The position numbers and the translations under genes are program-made. A stretch of 50,775 bases of DNA, taken from Clostridia bacterium (GTDB lineage Bacteria; Bacillota; Clostridia; Oscillospirales; CAG-272). Positions 36,062 to 44,948 of this stretch are shown here, in pieces. Below the pieces are notes generated by a model. That model made no database searches. It was not told the origin of the DNA and worked only from the letters and a program-made list of their open reading frames with translations. Location of the stretch: positions 1-50,775 of the forward strand of contig JAFTME010000003.1 of assembly GCA_017452545.1 (NCBI GenBank), written 5' to 3'. How positions within the stretch are numbered: position 1 is the stretch's first letter; each line of letters starts with the position of its first letter.

Positions 36062-36219
36062 AAATCGCGTTTCCTCCGCCCCGAGCTCCTTCAAGAACCT
36101 CAGGAGCAAAACCGGAAAGAGAGAGTCTCTGCTGCAGCGGCTCGACCGGAATAAGAGAGCGCCGAGATGGAAAATTCCACCTCGGCGCATTTTCTGTCGA
36201 ATACAACGTGCCTGTTTCA

Positions 36220-36249
36220 CAAGTTTTTTGAAAAAGGGGGTGCGGGGGA
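36220..36249 (-). repeat. Half copy of the family-A repeat; 30-bp direct repeat of 36714-36743
   Basis: CAAGTTTTTTGAAAAAGGGGGTGCGGGGGA is identical at both sites. Confidence 0.9.
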
Positions 36250-36263
36250 AATTTTGCAACAGC

Positions 36264-36683
36264 TTATACGCTTGACTTGGTTAAAAATGTATGCGCTTCT
36301 GTCAAAATTCGTCTAGAGCTTTCGTATTCAAACAACGTCATCGCCTCTTCATACGAAACCAGAGGAGCACTTAACAGCTCTTCTTCTTGAAAGACAATCT
36401 CCTGATCCTCGTATTCTGCCAAAAAATAAATCATCTGTTTGATTACATCTTTTTTACCGGGAATGGCATGCTCATCCATAGTCACAAACCCATCAACAAG
36501 AGTAGGCCTCAGCTGCAGTTCTTCATAAATCTCACGCAATGCTGTTTCGCGTTCACTCTCTCCCGGTTCCATATGCCCCTTGGGGAACCCATGAAACCCT
36601 TCCCTTTGCTGCACCAACACATAACGAATCTCTCCTTGGATGCGCGTAAAAACAACCGCTCTGCACGACTTTTCGTACAGCAC
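36264..36683 (-). CDS. NUDIX hydrolase (Ap4A hydrolase-like)
   Basis: GFPKGHMEPGESERETALREIYEE Nudix box; GTG start after GGAGG; AT-richer than its neighbours. Confidence 0.88.
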   Translation of the reverse strand: MLYEKSCRAVVFTRIQGEIRYVLVQQREGFHGFPKGHMEPGESERETALREIYEELQLRPTLVDGFVTMDEHAIPGKKDVIKQMIYFLAEYEDQEIVFQEEELLSAPLVSYEEAMTLFEYESSRRILTEAHTFLTKSSV

Positions 36684-36713
36684 CTTAACATCCTCCCTTA
36701 ACAGTTATTTCCC

Positions 36714-36777
36714 CAAGTTTTTTGAAAAAGGGGGTGCGGGGGAGAAAACTTTTTTACAAAAAAGTTTTCTCCCCCGC
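36714..36777 (-). repeat. Family-A hairpin repeat (full copy)
   Basis: GCGGGGGAGAAAACTTTTT..AAAAAGTTTTCTCCCCCGC with the conserved tail. Confidence 0.9.
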
Positions 36778-36793
36778 TATCATATACTCTTAA

Positions 36794-38581
36794 TTACTTC
36801 GACAGTCTTGCCTCGAGAGCAGCGAGCTCGTCGTACATAGCCTGAGGAACTCTATCGCCGACCTGGGCGTAGAAGTCCCTAATATTCTTGATATCCTCGA
36901 GCCAGGATGCGTTATCAACGGTGAGCAGCTCACGGATGGTGTCGATGGTGACATCCTCCAGGCCCTCGATGTTGATATCCTCTGCCTTCGGAACGTAACC
37001 GATGGGCGTGATATCGGCATCAACCTTACCCTCGCAACGAGCCAGGATCCACATCAGCACGCGCATATTGTCGCCAAAGCCGGGCCAGATGAAGTTGCCG
37101 TTATCGTCGGTACGGAACCAGTTGACGTGGAAGATCTTGGGAGGATTGGGAATGCGGTTGCCCATGGACAGCCAGTGTGCCCAGTAGTCACCCATGTCGT
37201 AGCCGACGAAGGGACGCATTGCCATGGGGTCGCGGCGAACAACGCCGACGGCACCTGCTGCGGCTGCGGTCGTCTCGGACGCCATGATGGAGCCGACGAA
37301 CGCACCGTTCTGCCAAGAGGTGGACTGGTAAACCAGCGGAGCGGTCTTTGCGCGTCTGCCGCCGAAGACGATGGCGGACACGGGAACACCTGCGGGATTA
37401 GCAAACTCGGAGGAGATGCAGGGGCAGTTGGTTGCCATTGCGGTGAAGCGGGAGTTGGGATGTGCGCCGCAGGTGGACTTATCCTTCTTGTCGTACTTGG
37501 TGCAGTCCCAAGGATTGCCCTTCCAGTCGATTGCGGAACCGGGCTTAGGAGGATTCTTATCCAGGCCTTCCCACCAAACGGTGTTCTCGGCGGTGTTGTG
37601 AACGACGTTGGTGAAGATGGTGTTCTTCATGCAGGTGTGCAGCGCGTTGGGATTGGACTGCTCGTTGGTACCGGGAGCTACGCCGAAGAAGCCGTTCTCG
37701 GGGTTAACAGCCCACAGTCTGCCGTCCTCGCCGACACGCAGCCATGCGATGTCGTCGCCGACGCACCAGACCTTGTAGCCCTGCTGTGCGTAAACAGCGG
37801 GAGGAATGAGCATTGCCAGGTTGGTCTTACCGCAGGCGGAGGGGAATGCAGCGGTGACGTACTTGGTCTCGCCGTTCGGATACTCAACGCCCAGGATCAG
37901 CATATGCTCTGCCATCCAGCCCTCTTTACGACCGAGGTAGGATGCGATACGCAGAGCGAAGCACTTCTTGCCCAGCAGAACGTTTCCGCCGTAGCCGGAG
38001 TTGACAGACCAGATGGTGTTCTCCTCGGGGAAGTGAACGATATAGCGGTTCTCCTCGTCGATGTCTGCGCGTGCGTGCAGACCCTTGATGTAGTCTGCGC
38101 TGTCGCCCAGAGCCTCAAGAACGTTGGTGCCGACACGGGTCATGATCAGCATGTTCAGAACGACGTAGATGGAGTCGGTCAGCTCGATGCCGTACTTGGC
38201 AAAGGGAGAGCCGACAACGGACATGGAGTAAGGAATGACGTACATGGTACGGCCCTTCATGGAGCCGCGGTACAGCTTGGACAGCTTCTCCTTGCACTCG
38301 GTGGGATCCATCCAGTTGTTGATGTTGCCTGCGTCCTCCTTCTTGGAGGTGCAGATGAAGGTTCTGCCCTCGACGCGTGCGACGTCGTTGACAGCAGTAC
38401 GATGCAGATAGCAGCCGGGAAGCTTTTCCTGGTTGAGCTTGATCATCTCGCCCGTGGAGCACGCCTCCTCGCGCAGAGCCTCAGCCTGCTCCTCGGAGCC
38501 GTCGATCCAAACGATGCGGTCGGGCTGCGTCAGAGCAGCCATCTCTTCGATCCAAGAAAGAACATACTTGTTGTTGGTCAT
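36794..38581 (-). CDS. pckG: Phosphoenolpyruvate carboxykinase (GTP)
   Basis: DVARVE, GYGGNVLLGKKCFALR, AEHM, FPSACGKTNLAM, VGDDIAW, NPENGFFGVAPG and HPNSRF motifs. Confidence 0.97.
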   Translation of the reverse strand: MTNNKYVLSWIEEMAALTQPDRIVWIDGSEEQAEALREEACSTGEMIKLNQEKLPGCYLHRTAVNDVARVEGRTFICTSKKEDAGNINNWMDPTECKEKLSKLYRGSMKGRTMYVIPYSMSVVGSPFAKYGIELTDSIYVVLNMLIMTRVGTNVLEALGDSADYIKGLHARADIDEENRYIVHFPEENTIWSVNSGYGGNVLLGKKCFALRIASYLGRKEGWMAEHMLILGVEYPNGETKYVTAAFPSACGKTNLAMLIPPAVYAQQGYKVWCVGDDIAWLRVGEDGRLWAVNPENGFFGVAPGTNEQSNPNALHTCMKNTIFTNVVHNTAENTVWWEGLDKNPPKPGSAIDWKGNPWDCTKYDKKDKSTCGAHPNSRFTAMATNCPCISSEFANPAGVPVSAIVFGGRRAKTAPLVYQSTSWQNGAFVGSIMASETTAAAAGAVGVVRRDPMAMRPFVGYDMGDYWAHWLSMGNRIPNPPKIFHVNWFRTDDNGNFIWPGFGDNMRVLMWILARCEGKVDADITPIGYVPKAEDINIEGLEDVTIDTIRELLTVDNASWLEDIKNIRDFYAQVGDRVPQAMYDELAALEARLSK

Positions 38582-38656
38582 GGGTTTTTCTCCTTTTCTA
38601 TATTGCAATAAATTGGTTTCTGTTTTACTGCGGCAACCAAAGTCCTATCGTTGCCC

Positions 38657-38684
38657 ATTATATATAATACTACATTTTTGTCAA
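38657..38684 (-). promoter_or_regulatory. Sigma-A promoter of pckG
   Basis: Minus strand TTGACA-16 nt-TATAAT. Confidence 0.7.
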
Positions 38685-38945
38685 AATTTCAATCCCTATC
38701 CAAAAAGGTTACAAAGAATTCACATTTGTTGCAAATTGAACAGATGCGGCAAAGTCTTCCGTCAAAATCACGAAAAAATGACCGATTACCCCGCCAAACG
38801 CAAAGGAAAACGGGGAGGAATTTGTGGAAGTTGCCGTTTTTTGATTTCGGGTGTAAAAAATGACGAAAAGCCCTTGCGCAAAAAACGTTTTTGCGTTACA
38901 ATGAAGTAACGAAAAACGATGGCTTTTCACGGAAAGGAGTCGCAC

Positions 38946-41324
38946 ATGGAGCAAACCACAAGCAACGCGCCCGACGAGCGCATCTCTCCCGAACAGATCC
39001 GACAGACCTGGCTCGACGGCGGGCGGCGACGCGGACACACGGCGGGGCAGCTGGGCGGCGCAGGACGCAACATTCTTCGCAATCCGCGCTCGTACATCAA
39101 CTTTATCATTGCCATCTTTATCATACAAACGCTGCTCTGTCTTCTGATGACGGTGGCGGAGCTGGACAATCGCACGGCATACCGCGAGATCACGGAGCAC
39201 TACGATTATCATATGCAGCTGCGCAGCATCAGCCAGCCGCAGTACGCCGAGCTGCACAATCTTGATGCCGAGATTCCTCTCGACTGGCGCCCCTATCTGC
39301 CCTACAAGAGCATCACCTACGAGCGTCTGGCAGACGGCAGATACCACGCCTATATCACACTGCGCGGCAACGATCTTGCGCTTGAGCGGCAGCAGGTCTG
39401 CGACGGATTTTTGGAGTCGGTCGGGGCTGCCGGAGAATCGCTGGTCATTTCCTACACGCCGCTGTACAATTATCTGACCTATTATGCCGTCAACATTCGG
39501 GTGGAAACGGGCTGGGCGGTCTTTCTCTTCTCGGCGCTTTCCCTCTTTATGCTGACAACGCTGTACAACGCGCGGCTCAATCACGAGCGCTTTCAATACG
39601 GCATTTACATGGCGTGCGGCGCGGGTTTCCGCCAGCTGTTCACCACGGCGGTGGGCGAGATGCTGTTTATCGTGCTGCTGACCGCGCTGCCTGCGGTGAT
39701 CGTTGCCAACGTGACGGCAGTCGTGCTGTATGCGGGAACGGGAACGGAATATTCCCTGCGCCTGCTTCCGCTGCTGCTGACCTGGCTTTTGGGGGTATTG
39801 ATCGCATTTTTTGCGGTATGGATGCCCATGCGGCATCTGAGCCGCCGTCCGCCCGTGGCGCTGCTCGCCGCGCAGGACAACAGCAATCTGGTCACCTCGC
39901 CGCGGCGGTCGCTGCATATTTTCGGTCGTCGCTTCCCTTCGCACTACGAGGCGTTCAGCCTTTGGCGCTACCGCCGCTATCTGGCAGGACTGCTTTGCGC
40001 GTCGGTTTTGTTCGCCGCGCTCTGGCTGGGGCTGATCCGTGTGGCGGATTTTCGCACCGTGCTTGCTACGGCAAGCGCGCCCGAATTTACGGTGGAATTT
40101 CATCCAACGGCGCCCAACGCCACCACGCTCAACGAGAATGTGGAGTGGCTGTCGTCCGATCTTGAGGCCATCGACGGGGTGGACCATTGCGAATACAAGG
40201 TCAGCACGAGTCTGATGGCAAAGCGCACCTTTCTTGCGGTCACCGCCAAGGCTGCGCGCCACGCGGGTGCCTACACCGTCCATTTTGAGGATCAGAGCGG
40301 CGTTTACGGCGCCGCCACCAACTATGCGGAATACGTTGCGCTGAACGAGGACTCCTTGCGCCGTCTGACCGAGCGGACGGCAAGCATGGAGGGCGATCCG
40401 GCGCGTCTGCTCAGCGAGGAAAACACCGTCATTCTTTCAACGTCGCTGCACAACGCCGAGCGCTTTGATTTTGCACCCGGTGACACGGTGCTGCTGGCGG
40501 TCAACACGCAATCGACCATAACGACGGTTCCCTATCTGACCATGAACAATCTGGATCTTTTGCGCATCATTCTGAGCGACGAGGAGTTTATTCTGGAGGA
40601 ATACACGGTCGCTGCCGTCGTTCACGACGAGGCGGCGGGCGACCGCATCATGATCGGCGTTGATCACGGCACGTACGAGGATCTGACCGGCATGGAGGCG
40701 TACACAACAGCGCTGGACGTATATCTTGCCGACGAGATGGATTTCGGTACGCTTCGCACGGTGACCGACCGCGTACAGCTGGCGGCAAACGATTATTTTT
40801 CCACGACGGTGGTTTCGCACGGTGTCTTTTTTGACAATTATCTGACCGCCTTCCGCAACGTACCCGGGCGCATCGTCGTTGCCGCCTATCTCATTCTGAC
40901 CATGATGCCGCTGCTTTGCTTTTTCTCGCAGCAGATCTTTTACGGCAAGCGGCAAAAGGAATGGTACGTTCTGCGGGCACTGGGTGCGTCGCGTGCATCG
41001 CGGTTGCGCTTACTCTTGATGTCGGGCTGTATTCTGACGGCGGTCAATCTGGTCGTTATGCTGCTGCCGGGTCTGCTTGCCGACCGTCTTGCCTTTAAGC
41101 TATGCAACGAATGGCTGCCTGCGGGGGGATTCATTCCGTCGGTTCTGATGGAATACCGTCTATCCCCGGCGGTCATCCCGGTATTACTGCTCTTTGCCGT
41201 GATCAGCGGGTTTATTCCCTGCTTGATCGAATACGTCCGTGCCAAGCGGGCATTCGTGCAAGAGGATGCGCTGGAGCGAGCGCTGCAAGAGGAGCGCGAC
41301 TGCGCCAAGAAAGGAGAGGTGTGA
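38946..41324 (+). CDS. FtsX/MacB-like ABC transporter permease (duplicated domain)
   Basis: ATG 38946 after AAGGAG; two FtsX-type motifs (YGIYMACGA, WYVLRALGAS); two extracellular loops. Confidence 0.82.
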   Translation: MEQTTSNAPDERISPEQIRQTWLDGGRRRGHTAGQLGGAGRNILRNPRSYINFIIAIFIIQTLLCLLMTVAELDNRTAYREITEHYDYHMQLRSISQPQYAELHNLDAEIPLDWRPYLPYKSITYERLADGRYHAYITLRGNDLALERQQVCDGFLESVGAAGESLVISYTPLYNYLTYYAVNIRVETGWAVFLFSALSLFMLTTLYNARLNHERFQYGIYMACGAGFRQLFTTAVGEMLFIVLLTALPAVIVANVTAVVLYAGTGTEYSLRLLPLLLTWLLGVLIAFFAVWMPMRHLSRRPPVALLAAQDNSNLVTSPRRSLHIFGRRFPSHYEAFSLWRYRRYLAGLLCASVLFAALWLGLIRVADFRTVLATASAPEFTVEFHPTAPNATTLNENVEWLSSDLEAIDGVDHCEYKVSTSLMAKRTFLAVTAKAARHAGAYTVHFEDQSGVYGAATNYAEYVALNEDSLRRLTERTASMEGDPARLLSEENTVILSTSLHNAERFDFAPGDTVLLAVNTQSTITTVPYLTMNNLDLLRIILSDEEFILEEYTVAAVVHDEAAGDRIMIGVDHGTYEDLTGMEAYTTALDVYLADEMDFGTLRTVTDRVQLAANDYFSTTVVSHGVFFDNYLTAFRNVPGRIVVAAYLILTMMPLLCFFSQQIFYGKRQKEWYVLRALGASRASRLRLLLMSGCILTAVNLVVMLLPGLLADRLAFKLCNEWLPAGGFIPSVLMEYRLSPAVIPVLLLFAVISGFIPCLIEYVRAKRAFVQEDALERALQEERDCAKKGEV

Positions 41325-41325
41325 T

Positions 41326-42147
41326 ATGAGTCCGAGAAAAACCACACAGGAGATCATACAGGAGAAAACCGAGCAGCGGCTGCGCCGCACCTTTGATGCG
41401 GATCTGTCGCCCGAGGTGGACGGCCGTCGCGTGCTGCTGGAAACGGTGGACGTGATCAAGCAATACCGTCAATACGATCAGGTCGTCACGGCGGTCAATC
41501 GCGCGACGTTCCGCGTATTTGAAGGAGAATTTGTGGCGATCGTAGGCGCGTCGGGCTCGGGAAAGAGCACGCTGCTGCACCTTTGCGCGGGGCTGGACCG
41601 TCCCAATGCGGGTGAGATCTACATTCGCGGCAACCGTCTCAACGCCATGAAGCCGGACGAGCTGGGGCGTTTTCGCGGCTCGTACATTGGAATGGTATTT
41701 CAGACGCATCATCTGATCCCGCATTTTACAGCGCTGGAGAACATCCTCGTGCCGACCATGCTCTGTCACAAGAGCGAGATGTCCTACAACGAAAACCTCA
41801 AGAAACTGGTTGCGACGCTGGACATCGGCGATCGCTTGCATCATTTGCCGAGTGAGCTTTCGGGCGGTCAGCAGCAGCGCGTTGCAATCGCGCGGGCGCT
41901 GATCAATATGCCGCAGGTGATGTTTGCCGACGAGCCGACGGGAAATCTGGACCGCGAAAATGCGGAGGACGTACTGGAGCTGCTGCTGGAGACCAAAAAG
42001 CTGTTGGGGCAGGCGCTGGTTATGGTAACGCATGACCTCGGTATCGCTGCGAGAGCGGATCGCGTTTACAAGATGGATGCCGGGCGGCTGCGCCCCTGGC
42101 GTCGCTCTCTGGACGGCGAGCTGCCCGGCTATCACGGCGAGGAATGA
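41326..42147 (+). CDS. ABC transporter ATP-binding protein (LolD/MacB-like)
   Basis: GASGSGKS, LSGGQQQRVAIARAL, ADEPTGNLD and VTHD motifs. Confidence 0.95.
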   Translation: MSPRKTTQEIIQEKTEQRLRRTFDADLSPEVDGRRVLLETVDVIKQYRQYDQVVTAVNRATFRVFEGEFVAIVGASGSGKSTLLHLCAGLDRPNAGEIYIRGNRLNAMKPDELGRFRGSYIGMVFQTHHLIPHFTALENILVPTMLCHKSEMSYNENLKKLVATLDIGDRLHHLPSELSGGQQQRVAIARALINMPQVMFADEPTGNLDRENAEDVLELLLETKKLLGQALVMVTHDLGIAARADRVYKMDAGRLRPWRRSLDGELPGYHGEE

Positions 42148-42297
42148 CAAAGAGAGCCGGAGAATCGTTGAAAAAAGGCTTTTTAACGGCAAATTCTCGC
42201 AAAACGAGAGAGATTTCCGGTCTGTGGGGTTGCTTTTTCGCCGTCGGTATGCGAGAATATAGGCACGGATCCGAAATTCAACTCACGAGGTAACCAC

Positions 42298-43767
42298 ATG
42301 GAAAAGAAAACGATTGGTTCGTTTATCAGCGCGCTTCGCCGTGCCAAGGGATGGACGCAGCGCGATCTGGCGGAGCAGCTCAACGTTTCCGACAAGGCGG
42401 TCAGCCGATGGGAGCGGGACGAAAGTGCGCCCGACCTTTCTCTGTTGCCGCTGATCGCCGACCTGTTCGGCATCACGGTTGACGAGCTGCTGCGCGGGCA
42501 GCGCCGTCCGAGTGAGCCCGCCCCGACGCAGGCTGACGAGGCAAGCGCGCAGGACGAGGACGCACGGCTGCGCGCCGAGCAATCTGCCCAAAAGCGGCAA
42601 CGCATGCTGCTCGGCAACCATCTGCGCCGCTATAAAAATCTCAATTATATCTCGCTCGGTCTCGCCCTTGGCGGCATGATCGCGGCGCTGATCTGCAACT
42701 TCGGCTTCAACCGTGCAGCACTCGGCTTCTTTCTCGGCATCGCCTTTGAGATTGCTGCCGTCATATGCACGCTGGTCTTTACAGGCAACGCGCTGTCCGT
42801 GGTCGAGGAGGACTACGACCATACGCTGCTGAGCAGCTACAAGCGCGACGTTTTGCAAGCGGCCTGGCGCTCGCTGTTTCTCGTTGTGCTGCTCACGGGG
42901 CCGCTGATCCTGCTTTTGATCATCGGCATCTCGTACGGTGCCTACGTTGGCGCGGCTGCCGCGACCTTTTTCCCGTGGAGCGCCGTCTGGCTCGTCTTTG
43001 GCGGGCTTGCGCTGCGCGAGATCGGGCTGCTGTTTATTCTTCCCCGCGTCTTCCGCGCACAGGGCGTTGTATTGAGCGAGGACGAATGGGCGCGCAATCG
43101 CGCCTGCGTTCGCCTTTTGCGCCGCTGCTCGCTTTCGCTGGTGCTGGCGCTGCTGTTGCCGCTGATCGCCTTCGGCGTGCTCGACTGCGGCATGATCGAT
43201 CCGCGAACCGCCTTTGCCGACGGAACTGTTTTTGAGGATTTTGAAGAATTCCGTGCGTATATCGAGCAAACGGGCGACCCCAACGCTGACCGCCTCTCGT
43301 CAATCTCCATGTCCTATTACGGCAACAAAGGGACGGTGCGCCCCGCAAGAGATGCGTACGACTACGAGGAGGGGGCAGACGGCAGCGGTACCGAGCGCGT
43401 ACCCACAAACGAAAGCTTTTTCTATTCAGAAGACCAGGAGGTCGTAACCGAGGTGCCCGCGCCCGAGGAGGGCGATGATTATTTCAAGTGGAAATACGAC
43501 AACGAGTATGTGGTTTACGATCGCAGCAACGGTAGCGAGGTCACTCGCTTTGCCTGGAACAACCCCGAGGTGTGCGCTATTCGTTGGGATTTCCGCGAAA
43601 GCACGGACGGCACGCCCATCGAGGTGCTTACGCTGAGCGACCGCTATGAAAGTGAGCGCATCTATTACGCCATCCACACGGCGCTGTTTCTGCTGATGAT
43701 CGTTGAGACTGCTGCCGTTCTCGGCGTTTACATCGTCAAGCGCAGAAGGATCGGAAAAGGAATATGA
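42298..43767 (+). CDS. XRE-family HTH regulator fused to a multi-pass membrane domain
   Basis: LRRAKGWTQRDLAEQLNVSDKAVSRWE HTH; about 6 TMs; acidic loop before the last TM. Confidence 0.88.
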   Translation: MEKKTIGSFISALRRAKGWTQRDLAEQLNVSDKAVSRWERDESAPDLSLLPLIADLFGITVDELLRGQRRPSEPAPTQADEASAQDEDARLRAEQSAQKRQRMLLGNHLRRYKNLNYISLGLALGGMIAALICNFGFNRAALGFFLGIAFEIAAVICTLVFTGNALSVVEEDYDHTLLSSYKRDVLQAAWRSLFLVVLLTGPLILLLIIGISYGAYVGAAAATFFPWSAVWLVFGGLALREIGLLFILPRVFRAQGVVLSEDEWARNRACVRLLRRCSLSLVLALLLPLIAFGVLDCGMIDPRTAFADGTVFEDFEEFRAYIEQTGDPNADRLSSISMSYYGNKGTVRPARDAYDYEEGADGSGTERVPTNESFFYSEDQEVVTEVPAPEEGDDYFKWKYDNEYVVYDRSNGSEVTRFAWNNPEVCAIRWDFRESTDGTPIEVLTLSDRYESERIYYAIHTALFLLMIVETAAVLGVYIVKRRRIGKGI

Positions 43768-43772
43768 TTTTC

Positions 43773-43803
43773 GCCGGAGCGACACCCTCGCTCCGGCTTT
43801 TTT
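43773..43803 (+). terminator. Rho-independent terminator
   Basis: GCCGGAGCGA-CACCC-TCGCTCCGGC followed by a T run. Confidence 0.9.
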
Positions 43804-43891
43804 ATTTGAAAATTTTACAAAATTCCTCTTTTCAAACGAGGAAAAATCTGTTACAATTATAGTGGAGAATTATCACCGGGAGGTAGGAAAC

Positions 43892-44908
43892 ATGACCGCA
43901 TTCCAAGGCGCTGCACTGCCGCAGCAAATGCTCACGCCCAAGTGTCCGCTTCGCTTTGGCGAGGAAGGAACGTTTAAGATCTGCGTTTTTTCCGATCTGC
44001 ACGAAACGGCGGACTACGATCCGCGCTCGTACGCGGCGCTGGACGGCATTATCGAAAGAGAGCAGCCCGATCTTGTGCTGCTGGGCGGCGATATCTGGAA
44101 CGGCACGCTTGACCGCCCCATTGAAGAGCTGCGGGCGTTTTTGAACGTATTCACCGCGCCGATGGAGATGCGCGGGATTGCCTGGGCGCACGTACTGGGC
44201 AATCACGACCACGGCTACGCCTTTGGCGATGATGCGTATCAGGCGCTCTTCGAGAGCTACGCGCACTGTGTCAGCAGCCACACCACCGCCGAGATGGGGG
44301 TGGACGGTGTCTCCAATTTTGTGCTTCCCATCCGCTCGCACGACGGCAGTCGTATTGCCTTCGCCGTTTGGGGGCTGGACACGCACAACCTTTCCGACGG
44401 CCTTGTACTGCGCAACGGCGTCAATTTGCGGCAGGGGCACCGCGTTCCCTCGCCGATCACGGGAACGAGCCACTGGGATTTCGTTCATTTCAATCAGCTG
44501 CGCTGGTACTATACCGCCTCTGAGGAGCTGGAGGCACTCAACGGTGCGCCCGTGGACGCACTGATGATCATGCACGCGGCACCGCTGGAGTACGGCATTT
44601 GCATGGACAATCCGGCTGCCGTAGGGTTGGTCGGCGACATGGAGGAAACGCTGTATTCCGGCTCGCTCAACTCGGGCGTGGTCGCAACGGCGCTGCAGCG
44701 CGGTGATATTCGCGCAATGGTATGCGGGCATATGCACGCGGACACCTTTGCGGCGGATTACTGCGGCATCAAGCTCTGCTTTGACGGCTCGATCGGTTAT
44801 CGCACGGGCGGACGCGACGGCTTGCGCGGCGGGCGCGTGTTTGAGATCTCGGAGGGCGCGACGGGCGACATTCGCACCCGCTACGTTTACGCGCAGGACG
44901 TAATTTAA
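43892..44908 (+). CDS. Calcineurin-like metallophosphoesterase (Dcr2-like)
   Basis: SDLH, GGD, GNHD, MH and CGHMH motifs; ATG 43892 after GGAGG. Confidence 0.9.
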   Translation: MTAFQGAALPQQMLTPKCPLRFGEEGTFKICVFSDLHETADYDPRSYAALDGIIEREQPDLVLLGGDIWNGTLDRPIEELRAFLNVFTAPMEMRGIAWAHVLGNHDHGYAFGDDAYQALFESYAHCVSSHTTAEMGVDGVSNFVLPIRSHDGSRIAFAVWGLDTHNLSDGLVLRNGVNLRQGHRVPSPITGTSHWDFVHFNQLRWYYTASEELEALNGAPVDALMIMHAAPLEYGICMDNPAAVGLVGDMEETLYSGSLNSGVVATALQRGDIRAMVCGHMHADTFAADYCGIKLCFDGSIGYRTGGRDGLRGGRVFEISEGATGDIRTRYVYAQDVI

Positions 44909-44948
44909 CTTGGAAACAATAACAGAAAATAAAGGATAAAACGGATCA

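Noticed and set aside
36264-36683. NUDIX as a pseudogene (SCR instead of SCG; EELQL instead of EExGL)
   Set aside because: The frame, RBS and the core Nudix box glutamates are intact, so the substitutions alone are insufficient.
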